Origin: Spirochaetia bacterium
GTDB lineage: Bacteria; Spirochaetota; Spirochaetia; SZUA-6; Bin103
Length of the DNA: 64,000 nucleotides
Assembly: GCA_965208575.1 (NCBI GenBank)
Contig: CBDBOV010000005.1
Location: 128,001-192,000 of the forward strand
Direction: 5' to 3'
The notes beneath the pieces were generated by a model. The model was not told the DNA's origin and did no database searches. It saw nothing but the letters and a program-made list of their open reading frames with translations. Made by a program: the position numbers and the translations under genes. How positions within the stretch are numbered: the first letter of the stretch is position 1; each line of letters begins with the position of its first letter. Shown here in pieces: positions 40,412-51,700 of this stretch.

Positions 40412-41604
40412 GCCTTTTCCGACCGCCTGGGCCGTAGGCGCCGAGCCGGCCGCTGCCGCCGCGCAGGCGCGGGTCGAACAGGTCGCGCACCGCGGCGCCG
40501 ACCATGTTGAGGCAGTACACGGCGCCTGCGGCGCCCGCCCGATTGGAGTGCAGCCTTGCGGGTGCACCGGCGCGCGCCGTCGCTGCTGTTCGAGCACCGC
40601 CTGTGCGGCGGGGCGAGCCTGCAGGTGGACCTGGTCTGATCCGGCACGGCCAACCGGTTCGCGATCGGCGCCTCGTTGCGGCTGCACACCGATGCCGCCC
40701 GCTACCGGCGCGACGTGGAGGTGACCAGCGGCTACCTGTCGAGCAATCCGTCCCGCGTCCACTTCGGCTTGCCCGCCGGCGAGCACCCGCGGCGGCTCAC
40801 CATCCGCTGGCCGGACGGCGCCGAGGACGTGGTGGAGACCGCGGACGGCCTGGCAGCCGACACGCTGCTGACCGTCACCCGGTCACGTTCCACCGGGGGA
40901 CCTGCAATCTTGCCTGCCCCCGAGGATACGAGGACGTGCTGGCGAAGCGCGAGCCGCGGACGATATCCCCGATCCACCACCAGCCGCAGAAAGTCCGAGT
41001 TGCGGTACCACCGGCGCAGCGGTATCCGGGAGCCGAAGGATCTCGAAGGCCGCAAGGTGGGTGTGCGCAGCTACACGTTTACCCCCGGCGTCTGGACGCG
41101 CGGCATCCTGGCCGCCGAATACGGCGTCGACCTGGATGCGGTCACCTGGGTCCTGTCGGGAGACGAACACGTGCAGGAGTACGTCGCGCCCGCCAACGTG
41201 GTGTCGTCGCCCCACAACGACCTCGTGTCGATGCTGCTTGCCGGCGAGATCGACGCCGCCATCGCGCCCGGCCCGGTCGCCTCGCCGGACATCCGGCCCC
41301 TGTTTTTGGAATCCCGGCAGGCCGACGGCGCCTGGCACCGCGGGACCGGGATCTATCCGATAAGCCACCTGCTGGTGGTGAAGGACGCCGCGCTGGCGTC
41401 GCACCCCGGTCTCGCAACCGAACTGTTCCGCCTGTTCAACGAGGCCAGGTCGCAATACCTGCCGCGCCTGCGCTCCGGCGCCGCCGACGAGTGTTCGCGC
41501 AACACTCTGGAACCTTCATACGCTACAACGTCGAGCAGGACGTGATACCGCAGGCGGTCGCCCCGGAGGACCTGTTCGTGCCGGAGACCCTGGCCCTGGT
41601 CTGA
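40412..41604. pseudogene. Patchwork: OppC 3' (40412-40520), CRTAC1 leader and C-terminus (40548-40882), Uma2-A end (~40960-40996), dhp-like 3' part (40997-41604)
   Basis: Each piece matches longer copies; CRTAC1 and dhp-like pieces read in one frame (ORF 40676-41545). Confidence 0.8.
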
Positions 41605-41617
41605 CCACCCGAACCGT

Positions 41618-41683
41618 TCAACCCGCCTCGACACCTGGCGTGCCGGCTTCGAGCTGCCGGCGGTGCGCCCCGGCGGATGTTGA
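41618..41683. repeat. GC-rich hairpin between convergent genes (possible terminator)
   Basis: TCAACCCGCC...GGCGGATGTTGA with inner GCCGGC/GCCGGC stem. Confidence 0.55.
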
Positions 41684-41712
41684 GAACGCATGCAGATCAG
41701 GATTCGTACCCT

Positions 41713-42396
41713 TCACCCTCCGAACAGCCCTGGTGGCAAAGGCCCGATCGGAGGCGGACACTCCCGGTTCGGCTGCGCCGGCAGCCCGGACAGGATCTGA
41801 CGGGCACGCTGTTCATTGTCGGCCTCCAGGCGGAACCAGGTGCGCACGAATTGCTCGGGGAACAACTCGTCGAACTCTTTCCTGAAGCCGTCGTCGATGA
41901 TCACGAACCGCTCGATCTCCGGATGCGACTCCAGGTACTCCTTGACCTCTCCCGCGCGGTAGAGCGGCGGCCCGCCGCTCTCGTTGGTCGCATCGGTCAC
42001 GTAGTGATGCAGTTCGTACACTCGAAACAGTGCCTGGAGTCCACGAGTGGACTTGCTTCTGCGCCAGTCCGAGCTGATCACGATGCCCGCGCCGAAGTCC
42101 TTGCACAGCGAGCGCAGCCGTTCGACCGCTTTGCTGTCCCAGTCAAAGCAGACCGCCCCAAGGTCGTACTTGTCCATGCCCAGGTAGATCTCATCGGCGA
42201 ATCTGTCGGCCAGCGAGCGCCGCAGTTCCTCCAAGTCATGCTTGAACCGTCTTTGGCTCGAGGGCCGCTGCAAGACGCCGTCGATGTCGAGAAATATGAC
42301 GGTGCGCCGAAGTGCCTCCTGCTGCGTGGGGATGTCTCGGTTCTCCGGCTGCGCGGCTGCCGTGGGTAGTAGGTCGAGGTTCATTGCGGGGATCAT
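41713..42396 (-). CDS. HAD-domain protein (Swiss-army-knife RNA-repair-like HAD)
   Basis: IFLDIDGVL, IVISSDWR, R..EV..YL, FVIIDD. Confidence 0.82.
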   Translation of the reverse strand: MIPAMNLDLLPTAAAQPENRDIPTQQEALRRTVIFLDIDGVLQRPSSQRRFKHDLEELRRSLADRFADEIYLGMDKYDLGAVCFDWDSKAVERLRSLCKDFGAGIVISSDWRRSKSTRGLQALFRVYELHHYVTDATNESGGPPLYRAGEVKEYLESHPEIERFVIIDDGFRKEFDELFPEQFVRTWFRLEADNEQRARQILSGLPAQPNRECPPPIGPLPPGLFGG

Positions 42397-42511
42397 ATGC
42401 CCCGACCTCAGGGCAATCAAGACCGAGGCCGGCTCCCGCCGGTTCCGACCATCCCTGCGGTGCCGTGGCGGTGGCTTTGCGGTCTTCCGTCAACCTCGCC
42501 GTCCACGTCAC

Positions 42512-43551
42512 CAGGGTGATCCCATGCTGACGGACGTGATGGAGGTGATGGAGGGACAAGCGCCGGCTCGGTGAGCAAGCAAGTTCGTGACGGCGAATTC
42601 GTCGGGCCTCAGTCTCCGCCTGCGCACGGCCGTCACCCCGACAGGACGCGCCGCACCTCGTCCGCATCCACCGCCAGCGCCGCGGCGATCGCCTCGGCAT
42701 CCTGTCCCAGGCCATGCAGGCGGCGGATCGCCTGCGTAGATCGGGTTGGCGACGTCCACGCCCGCATTGAACCTGCGCCCCGCGCGGTCAGTCAATCGCC
42801 GTGCCCGTGTTGCGGATGATCGGTGCGGCGGCGGTGTCATGCACTGACGCGCGTGCTCCCTGGTCTATTGCCGGGGGCGGGCGCCGCCGGACGCCGGCGA
42901 GTGCTCCTGGCGCGCTTCACGCCCCGCCTCGGATCGCGACTGACCGCCTGCGATTCGGTAGCGAGGGATATTCCTGAGGACGCGTGGCACGCGCGGCTGA
43001 ATATCCCTCGGCAGCCTGGTGGTATGAACGGGGCGATGCTTTGCGTTTGACAACTACCGTCCGCCACCGTGTGTCAGCACCATCGCCCACTTCGGCACCG
43101 CCTATCCCGACCTCACCTTCGGATCGTTCGTGTTCTGTCAGAGCTACCGCACCCCGGCCGTGCTGGCGAAAACGGCGGCCAACCTGCAGTTGCTGACCGG
43201 CGGCCGCTACGTGTTCGGCATCGGTGCCGGATGGGTCGAGCGCGAGTACCACGCCTATGACTACGAGTTCCCGAAGCCGGCCGTGCGCATCGCCCAACTG
43301 GACGAGGCCGTGCAGATCGTCAGAAAGCTCTGGACCGAAGTGCCCGCCACCTTCCACGGCACCCACTACCGGGGCACCGACGCCTACTGCGAGCCTCACG
43401 CAAGACTCTGGAAACCTTCATTCGCTTCAACGTCGAGCAGAGCGTGATACCGCAGGCGGTCGCCCCGGAGGACCTGTTCGTGCAAGCACCGCCTACCGGG
43501 CGCTACCAGGTAACGCAACCCCGGCCCGCCCCACCCGCTCAGCCCCCGGCG
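42512..43551. pseudogene. Patchwork: deleted Rpn-like gene, Uma2-A/SDR intergenic piece, LLM fragment (43070-43394), dhp-like end, Uma2-B start
   Basis: Matches 13780-13993 joined to 14883-14977, then 1738-1820, 12300-12622, 59996-60080 and 60503-60570. Confidence 0.8.
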
Positions 43552-43553
43552 TA

Positions 43554-43873
43554 TCAAGATTTCGTGACATGGCGTAGATTCCGTTCCACCATGGTGCGAC
43601 GGTGTCGTGACGGGATGCGGAGCAGGAGTCTTTCGGCGTTCCTGATGCTGAAGCCAGCGGAAAGATCCAATTCCGGCAACGCAGCGAACAGCCTCGTCTT
43701 GGTAGAACTCAGGTAAAGAAAATCCAATAGCGCCTTCTCTGGAGTCGCCATCTGCACTCCCTTTACGCCATGTTGTTCATAGGCGCAGAAGAACGGCGCG
43801 GATATGTGATGCACAGAGAACCTACCCACCGGGGTAGCGTAGACCCGTGTTCGGGTAAGTGAAACGCAATAAA
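43554..43873 (-). pseudogene. AbiEi-family antitoxin, C-terminal half (split by IS21)
   Basis: CVSLTRT...MATPEKALLDFLY; joins in frame to 53776-54069 across TSD ATAAA. Confidence 0.85.
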
Positions 43874-44040
43874 TGCATAATCCGGTGCAAAAGAGCCACT
43901 GATCCGTTTTAAGGAAGCCACCCGTCCGGAAATAAAATGCCACCCGTCCGGGGGAAAAGAGCCAATCTGAGGCTGCCGCCCGGACAGGATCTGGTCCGAT
44001 CCTGCAATACGCTCTCCCGATCCGCACAGGAGGGAGAGGC

Positions 44041-44802
44041 ATGGCACGCAGGAGGATCAGCGTGGAGAAAATCAAAGAGGTCATCCGCTACGGGGTGACC
44101 ACGGATCTGAGCGCGAGGGCGATTGGCCGCGCGCTGCAGGTGTCGCGAACCGCGGTGGCCAAGTACCTGGAGTGGTTCCACGGCAGCGGACTGACCTGGG
44201 AGCAGGCACAGGAGCTGCCCGACAGCAAGTTGGTGAGCGTGTTGGAGGGCCATCGAGAGCCGCGGACGAACGCGCGCTACGAGCGGCTGGCCGAGCGCTT
44301 TCCGACGATGGTCAAGGAGTTGCGGCGCAAGGGAGTGACGCTGCAGTTGCTCTGGGAGGAGTACCTGCGCGACCACCCGGACGGCTATCAGAACAGCCAG
44401 TTCTGCTACCACTTCCACCGCTGGCGGCAGAGCGCCGAGGTGGGCATGCACATCGACCACAAGGCCGGCGAGAAGCTGTTCGTCGACTACGCCGGCGACC
44501 GGCTGGCGATCGTGGACCGGGAGGGCGGCAAGGAGCAGCCGGTGGAAACGTTCGTGGCGATCCTCGGGGCCAGCGAGCTGACCTACGTGGAGGCCAGCGC
44601 CACGCAGCAAAGCGCCGACTGGATCCGCTCCAACGAGCGGGCTTTACGCTACTGCGGCGGCTGCCCGCAGGCGATCATCCCGGACAACCTGCGCAGCGCG
44701 GTCAGTCGGTCGGACCCCTACCAGCCGGGCATCAACCCGCAGTTCGACGCGTTCGCCGAACACTACAGGGTGGTCATCATGCCCGCCCGCGTCCGGCAGG
44801 CG
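44041..44802 (+). pseudogene. istA: IstA N-terminal part
   Basis: HTH; LLWEEY...GY..SQFC; H.AGEKLFVDYAG; PDNL; ends PARVRQA. Confidence 0.88.
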
Positions 44803-44859
44803 TGGAGTTGCCCCACTTTCGTGGACACATTAGGAGTGAGGCGGAATGAGGAGGCAACG

Positions 44860-45171
44860 ATGCCGAAGACACATCGACCATACGCGCCTGAGTTTCGCCA
44901 GCAGATGGTCGAGCTGGTGCAGTCTGGGCGCACGCCCGAGGAGTTGGCGCTGGAGTACGAGCCGTCCGCGGGCGCGATCCGCAACTGGGTGGCGCAGCAG
45001 GAGCGGGACGCTGGACGCCGCGAGGACGGGTTGAGCAGCGATGAACGCCAGGAGCTGCGCCGACTGCGGCGAGAGAACAAGCAACTGCGGATCGAGCGCG
45101 ACATCCTAAAAGCAGCGGCCTGGTTCGCACGGGAGAGCGACTCGATCCCCGAGCGGGGTTCGAGTTCGTGA
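44860..45171 (+). CDS. IS3 transposase OrfA
   Basis: MPKTHRPYAPEFRQQMVELV...ELRRLRRENKQLR.ERDILK. Confidence 0.88.
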   Translation: MPKTHRPYAPEFRQQMVELVQSGRTPEELALEYEPSAGAIRNWVAQQERDAGRREDGLSSDERQELRRLRRENKQLRIERDILKAAAWFARESDSIPERGSSS

Positions 45172-46019
45172 AAGCCAACCAGGCGCGCTGGCCGGTACGC
45201 ACGATATGTCGAGTGCTGGGTCTCTCCGCCAGCGGCTACTATGCGTGGGTGCACCGCGAGCCGTCGGCGCGAGAGCGGCGCGACAAACAGTTGCGGGAAC
45301 GTATCACGACGATATGGAGAGCCAACCGCGAGGTGTATGGTCGGCCGCGCATCCACGCCGAGTTGCAGGCTGAGAACGAGCGAGTCGGGCACAAGCGGGT
45401 GGCGCGGCTGATGAAGCAGGCCGGCATCGAAGGGGCCAGTCGCCGCCGCGGGCCCAGGACCACAACGCGTGGCGCGGCGACCCGACCGGCGCCAGACTTG
45501 GTGGATCGGAACTTCACCGCGGCCGGGGCCGACCAATTGTGGGTGGCCGACATTACGTACGTGCCGACGTGGGCGGGGTTTCTGTACTTGGCGGTGGTGC
45601 TGGATACCTGGAGCCGCCGGGTAGTGGGCTGGTCGATGGCCGGTCATCTGCGCACGGAACTGGTGCTGGAGGCGCTGGACATGGCGCTCTGGCAGCGGCG
45701 ACCCGAGCAGGTGATCCACCACAGCGACCAGGGCTCTCAGTACACCTCGATTGCGTTCGGGATGCGCTGCAAAGAGGCCGGCGTGCGTCCCTCGATGGGC
45801 TCGGTGGGCGATGCATACGACAACGCGATGTGCGAAAGTTTCTTCGCGACCCTGGAGTGCGAGTTGCTTGATCGGAGCCGATTTCGCAGCCGTGCCGAGG
45901 CGCGCTTGGCAATATTCGAGTTCATCGAGGGGTTCTACAACCGTCGCCGGCGTCACTCGGCGCTGGGCTACCAGTCGCCGGTCGCGTTCGAGGCCACTCG
46001 GACAGGAGCGGCAGCATGA
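45168..46019 (+). CDS. IS3 transposase OrfB (DDE)
   Basis: WVADITY, HHSDQGSQY, DNAMCESFF. Confidence 0.92.
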   Translation: MKANQARWPVRTICRVLGLSASGYYAWVHREPSARERRDKQLRERITTIWRANREVYGRPRIHAELQAENERVGHKRVARLMKQAGIEGASRRRGPRTTTRGAATRPAPDLVDRNFTAAGADQLWVADITYVPTWAGFLYLAVVLDTWSRRVVGWSMAGHLRTELVLEALDMALWQRRPEQVIHHSDQGSQYTSIAFGMRCKEAGVRPSMGSVGDAYDNAMCESFFATLECELLDRSRFRSRAEARLAIFEFIEGFYNRRRRHSALGYQSPVAFEATRTGAAA

Positions 46020-46215
46020 GCATCGTCGTGGTGCCGATGCTGGCGCTCGGCCCCCTCCAGGGACAATATTCGTCGGCAATTGGCCCTCTCCGGACCGCTT
46101 GGCGTCCGAGTCGGCTGCGCGCGCCGACCGGCGTCGCGGTGAGCACGCAGCGCAGCGGGGATGCAGCGTCTGAGGTGCTGGACCAGGAGCCGTTACGTAA
46201 CGGTGATCAGTGCCC

Positions 46216-46503
46216 ATGGCGTTGACCAATGCGCAACGCCAACGGCGCTATCGAGCGCGGCGCAAGGCGCAGCAGCCGCGAGCGCAGTACCGCCGACCGC
46301 ACGACCGGCGCTCCCGACCGCAGCGCTGGCAGGATGCGGTGCGCACCCTGCTCGACCTCCAGGGAGAGTATCAAGCGTGGCTCGACAACCTGCCCGAGGC
46401 GCTCCAGGAGACCGCGCTCGGCGACAAGCTGGAGGCGATTTGCGCGCTTGATCTTGGCGCTCTGGAGAGCGTCGAGCCGCCACGCGGGTATGGGCGCGAC
46501 TGA
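46216..46503 (+). CDS. Small hypothetical passenger protein
   Basis: MALTNAQRQRRYRAR...PPRGYGRD; basic N-terminal helix; lies inside the IS3 ends. Confidence 0.65.
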   Translation: MALTNAQRQRRYRARRKAQQPRAQYRRPHDRRSRPQRWQDAVRTLLDLQGEYQAWLDNLPEALQETALGDKLEAICALDLGALESVEPPRGYGRD

Positions 46504-47579
46504 GGCAACCTGCTGCCGACCCGTTGCGACGGCTGCATAGTTTCCAAGCGGCGCACCGCTCGCGGGTCCGTCCCCACACGGGCGCCCCGGACCGGCTCGA
46601 CCGCGCCGCTCCCGGCGGCTGCAGCCCCACCCGGGCCGACATCTTGCCGGTGCGGCGCGAACTGGCGCTCTCAGCGGCCCTGTAAGGCCGCTCCTCGCGA
46701 GCAGGTGGTCCCGGATACCCTTGCTGAACCCCGAATCGTCCCTCAGGCGCTCCGTTTCGACTCCCGGCACCCGCTGTCCATGCCGCCAGCACTGATCACG
46801 GTCGTGCGATCTCCTGACCGCGCACACCGGCGCCGCTCACGGCCATCCACACCGCCACCACCCCCAGCTTGATGCGGACTTGTCCACATATCCACAGGCA
46901 AATCCCACCCCTCCCCCGGACCCCCACCCCCTTTACCGCCACCGTTTATTTGCCGTGGAATCTCGGGAGGCGTCGTGTCGTGGGGGTCGTGGAGGCGCGG
47001 GCCTATTGCCTCACGTAAAAATCTAACCTTACGGTGAGCGTGCCTCACGTAAGAATCTAACCGAAAGGGAGGCGGAGAACGAGGGGGGAGCGCGAGGGGG
47101 GAGACTCATAAATTGTGGATAAGTGGATAGGCTGCTGGGCGACCGGCCGGGTTGATTCAAGCACACCAACGCGACCGGGGGCGTATCTGGTTGGTCGGCG
47201 CGGATGAGGAGGCGTCAACGGCAGGGAGGTGGTCGGTGCCGTGTCGTGTCGCTGACCGAAGAGGGGGCGGACGGGTCTGGAGGCGACTTCGGTGCTGGTG
47301 ACACGGGGATGTCCAGACACCACCTCGTGTCGCGGAGAGGCCTTACAGCGCGGCTGAGGCGACATTTCTTGACGCCGACCGTCTGGCTCACGGATATACG
47401 GGCGTCAGAGACGCTCAGAAGTCATTTGCCGAGCCGGGTGATGCCGCCCACGCCGCGATCGGCGCGCAGGTTGCTGCGGAGCGCACGGAGCGAGGCGCCC
47501 CGGACAACTGCACCGAGGTGCGTTGCCCGGGGCAGGGTCATGACAATTCCCCACCGCCGGGACGGGGTAGGCGACGAGG

Positions 47580-49253
47580 TTGCGACACCGGAGCCGTCGG
47601 GATCGAACGGGGCGGAGGAGATGCTGTACCCCGCTGACGGACGGAGGGCGTAGCCCGACCGGAGTCAGCCGGCGCGGTGCCGTGGAGGCCACCGTGGACG
47701 ACGCCGAGATGGCGGACCAGGCAGCCAAGCTGCTCGCTTCCGGGATGAGCGGCTCAGCCTGCGCTCGCGAACTCGGCATCCCGGTGAGCACCTTCAACGA
47801 GAACCGCCGCGCCGGCGTCATCACAGATCCCACCCGGGAGCCCGCCGCCAGCGCCGAGGTTGCGCCGGCGGCCACCACCACTGATCACCCGGTCAGCACC
47901 GCCGCCGCGGTCAGCGACCCGGCGGTCGCCACTGAGCGCGCCAGCCGCGACGCCCGCGACAAGCACGCGCCCATGGGCCGCGCGGCGCGCGACGTGGAAC
48001 GCCGCACGCTCGCCAGAGCCGGCCTGCTGACCGAGGCCACACCAGCGTTCGTCGAGCCCGCCCACGCGGTCGCTGGCGGCGGCGTGCTGGCCGCACTGGC
48101 GATGCTGCTGCGCGAGGGCCTGCTCACCGCCGCCAACCGCCTGTTCCGCCTGCCGGCCGGATTCTACGGCCTGACCACCATCCTCCTGTTCGTCGCCTGC
48201 ATGACCCTGGCCCGGGTGCGCAACCCCGAGAGCCTGCGCTACCAGGCACCCGGCGAGTGGGGCGCCATCCTCGGCCTCGACCGCTGTCCGGAGACCAAGA
48301 CGCTGCGCCGCAAGATCAGGCTGCTGGCCAGCGCCGAGCACACCGTGCGCGATTGGCAATCGGTACTGGCGCGTACCTGGGCCAGCGAGCACGACGACGA
48401 CTGGACGACGCTGGCCGTGGATGGCCACGTGAAGGTGTACACCGGGCGCAACGGGCGGTTGCCGAAACACTTCGTCGCACGCCAGAAGCTGTGTCTGCCG
48501 GCGTCGGTGAGCTACTGGATCAACGCCCTCGGCGGCGCACCGCTGCTGTGCCTGCACAAGGCGCTGGACCCGAAGCCGGTGAATGCGATCAAGCACGACG
48601 TGGTGCCGCAGTTGCAGCACCTGGGGGTGGTGACCGAAGCGGCCCCCGACCTGACCGGAGCACCGGCCGGTACCCCGCAGCTGACCCTGGTGTTCGACCG
48701 CGAGGGCTGGAGCCCGGACCTGTTCAAGCGCCTGGCCCGGCGTGGCATCGCCTGCATCACCTGGCACAAGAACTTCAACGGCGCGGACTGGCTGCCGGAA
48801 GACTTCCACACCTTCGAGGTACCGATCCATGGTCCCGCCGGCACCAGCACGACTGCGGTTGATCTGGCCGAGCAGCCGATCATGCTGCGCAACGGGCTGG
48901 TGGTGCGCCAGATCCGGCGGCGTCTGGCCAACGGTCGTCAGGTGGCGGTGATCACCACGCACCCGCAGATGCCGTTGGCGCAGGTCGCCGGCGCCATGTT
49001 CTCGCGCTGGTCGCAGGAGAACTTCTTCAAGTACCTGCGCGAGCAGTTCAACCTTGACGCGCTGCCGAGCCATGACCTTGCGCCGCCGGAGCCCGACGCA
49101 CGGGTCGTGAACCGGTGCGCCGGGCCCTGGAAAAGAGCATCAGGCGGGTACGCAGCCGGCTGGCAGCGGTCCGCAATCGCCTCGCCGAGGCACTGCAGGG
49201 ACGGCACCGGGACTCCGCCACCCGGCTTACGGTCGCGGATAAAGTTGCACTGA
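47580..49253 (+). pseudogene. Large putative DDE transposase, frameshifted and truncated
   Basis: LGLDRCPETKTLRRK, VDGH.KVY.G, VFDREGWS, RWSQENFFKY; frame change ~49112. Confidence 0.7.
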
Positions 49254-49395
49254 ATTGCATGGTTATGCATAGACACGGGGGTATCCAGACACCACCTCGT
49301 GTCGTGGAGGGGCCTTACAGCGCGGCTGAGGCGACGTTTTCTCATCGCTGACCGCCCATTCTCCGATTATCGACCGTCAGACCCGCCTGAGAGGG

Positions 49396-50670
49396 TCATT
49401 TTGCCGTGCGACCGCTGCCACCACGCTCCTCGCTCGGTGTTTGCACCGTGCTTGGTGCGGCCTTGGCGGTCTTGCTGACGTTCAGCTGCAGCAGATCCTC
49501 GGTCAACCTGGTCAGCTCGCGCTTGAGGGCGACCGGATTCAACGTCGCGTACTGCTGCTTGAGGCGGTTCTTCACCTTCTCGCTCACCGACTCGGAGGCC
49601 AGCATGCGGTGATACGGCGTCTGCGGGTCGTCATAGATGCGGCGCACCTTGCTGCCGGTGCGGGTTTTCTTCACCAGCTTCACCGAGGGATAGAAGAAGT
49701 TCACCAGCAGGCACAGCGGGCGGTATATCGCGTTGAGGGCAGCCAGTTCCCGGTCGGTGTCGTAACGCAGGTGGCCGACCGCCCGTCGCACCACGTGGCC
49801 ATTCTTCTGCTCGACGTAGCAGGTGTCGTTCTTGCGATGCGGGCGACCCCGAGTGAACGTGATGCCGTGCGCTTCGCAATAGCGCAGCAAATGATGATTG
49901 ATGAACTCGCTGCCGTTGTCGGTGTCGATCCCCCGCATCACGATCGGCAGGCTCTGCCGGGCAGCGTCGATCGCCTCGTGGGTCCAGCGCTGCGCCTTGT
50001 TCTGCACGCCGTACAGGTCGACCCAGCCGGTGTCAACGTCGGTGATGGTGAGCGTGTGGCAGAAGTCGCCTGACGCGTTGCCGCCTTCATGGCCCACCAA
50101 GTCGATCTCGAAGAAGCCCGGCTCCTGCTCGTCCCAGTCAGCGAAGGTTCGGATCGCGATCTGATCCTTCAGGAGGGTGCCCGGCTTGGTGTGCGTGCGA
50201 CCCTTCAGGCGCAGCCGTGCGCGCTCCTGCTGCAGCAGCCGGTCGATGGTCGCGGCGCTGATGGTCTGCAGCTTGCCGCGCACCGCTGCGGTCAGCTCGA
50301 TCTCGCCGAACGACTCCAGCGTCGGCAGCATGGTGCGCAGCACGACCACCAGGCGCTTGCCGCACATGCAGTCGAACACGTACCAGATCAGCTTCAGAGC
50401 GACCAGCACCTCCTGGTCGTAGCGCCGCGGTCGCACGCGGCGCTGGGCAGGCCGCGGACGCCCGACCACCAGCTTCACCAGTGTGCCGTCGACTCGCACC
50501 ATGCGGGTCCGTCCCCACCAGGTCAACAGATGGATCGCGTACTTGCGCTGGTACCCGGTCGACTCGACGAACTCGTCGAGTATGCGCCCCTTCTCCTTCT
50601 TGCCCGCCCGACGATACCGCTGCGCGTGCTGCTCGGTGAGCTCTCGCCTTGAACTCATCTTCAACCCCAT
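49396..50670 (-). CDS. Integrase-catalytic-domain transposase (ISNCY-like)
   Basis: RY..A.KKEKG.ILDEF, SAATIDRLL, PGFFEIDLVGH, DTDNGSEFIN, KND..VEQKN. Confidence 0.88.
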   Translation of the reverse strand: MGLKMSSRRELTEQHAQRYRRAGKKEKGRILDEFVESTGYQRKYAIHLLTWWGRTRMVRVDGTLVKLVVGRPRPAQRRVRPRRYDQEVLVALKLIWYVFDCMCGKRLVVVLRTMLPTLESFGEIELTAAVRGKLQTISAATIDRLLQQERARLRLKGRTHTKPGTLLKDQIAIRTFADWDEQEPGFFEIDLVGHEGGNASGDFCHTLTITDVDTGWVDLYGVQNKAQRWTHEAIDAARQSLPIVMRGIDTDNGSEFINHHLLRYCEAHGITFTRGRPHRKNDTCYVEQKNGHVVRRAVGHLRYDTDRELAALNAIYRPLCLLVNFFYPSVKLVKKTRTGSKVRRIYDDPQTPYHRMLASESVSEKVKNRLKQQYATLNPVALKRELTRLTEDLLQLNVSKTAKAAPSTVQTPSEERGGSGRTAK

Positions 50671-50892
50671 CTCCTCCGGAACCTCCTCACGTCCCTCGGA
50701 GAGGCTCCAACCGGACCCGGAAGGTCCAGCCCGTTCGGTTAGATTTTTAGATGAGGCATGCTTTCGCTACGGTTAGATTTTCGATGAGTCAATGCGGCGG
50801 GTTGACAACCAACCGAATACACCTCAACCTGCCATGCACTACCCCGCCACCTCAGTAGTTACCTGTCCACCGAAACGGGGCACCCTCAGGCG

Positions 50893-51687
50893 CGCGACAA
50901 GGCTCTGGTCGAGAACGCGGTACGGTTGGCGTATCAACGCATCTACGCGCCGTTGCGGGATCGTACCTTCCACTCCCTGGAGGAATTGAACGCGGCGATC
51001 AGACCGCTCCTGGAGGAGCACAACGAGCGCCGCTTCCAGCGCCTGCCCTACTGTCGGCGCGAGCTGTTCGAGCAGATCGAACAGCCGGTCCTGGCGCCGT
51101 TGCCTCGCCACCACTTCCCGCTGCAGCAGATCCGGGAAGCGACGGTCGGGTTCAACTATCACGTCGAGCTGCGCGAAGACCGGCACCACTACAGCGTGCC
51201 GTATCACCTGCGCAGCCGCGATCCGCGCACCAAGGTCAAGCTGCTGTACGACGAGCGTACCGTGTCGATCTACTACGACAACGTGCGCATCGCCGAGTAC
51301 CAGCGTGACCGCCGTCCGGGTCGCTACACCACGCTGCCCGACCACATGCCGCCGCAGCACCGATGGTATGCCGAGTGGACCCCGGAACGGTTCTTGCGCT
51401 GGGGGCGGGCGCACGGCGCCAACGTCGAGGCGGTGATCGAGCAGGTGCTGAAGGACGCCAAGTACCCGCCGCAGGGGTTCCGTTCCTGCCTCGGCATCCT
51501 GAACCTGGAGAAGAGCTACGGCGCCGCGCGGCTTGATCGCGCCTGTGGGCGCGCGCTGCGCTACGGGCTGTGCTCCTACCGCCGCATTCAGAACATGCTG
51601 AAGCTGGGCCTGGAGGAGGAGCAACAGCAGCAGTCGCTGAGCTTCCCCAGTCATGACAACGTCCGCGGCAGCGACTACTACAACTGA
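50893..51687 (+). pseudogene. istA: IstA C-terminal part
   Basis: RDKALVENAV..., HHYSVPY, HDNVRGSDYY*. Confidence 0.88.
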
Positions 51688-51700
51688 GGAGACCCCGACG

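Larger units (their letters stand above)
47005..50793 (-). mobile_element. ISNCY-like (rve integrase-type) element nested in IS3; ends approximate
   Basis: Paired inverted end sites CCTCACGTAARAATCTAACC (twice, 47009-47062) and GGTTAGATTTT...ATGAG (twice, 50737-50788). Confidence 0.6.
44803..50888 (+). mobile_element. IS3-family element inserted in istA
   Basis: IRs TGGAGTTGCCCCACTTTCGTGGACA / TGAGGGTGCCCCGTTTCGGTGGACA; 4-bp TSD GGCG. Confidence 0.85.

Noticed and set aside
41616-41685. Canonical integron attC site
   Set aside because: The outer ends fit loosely, but L-box spacing and the unpaired central spacer do not; there is no IntI and no regular array.
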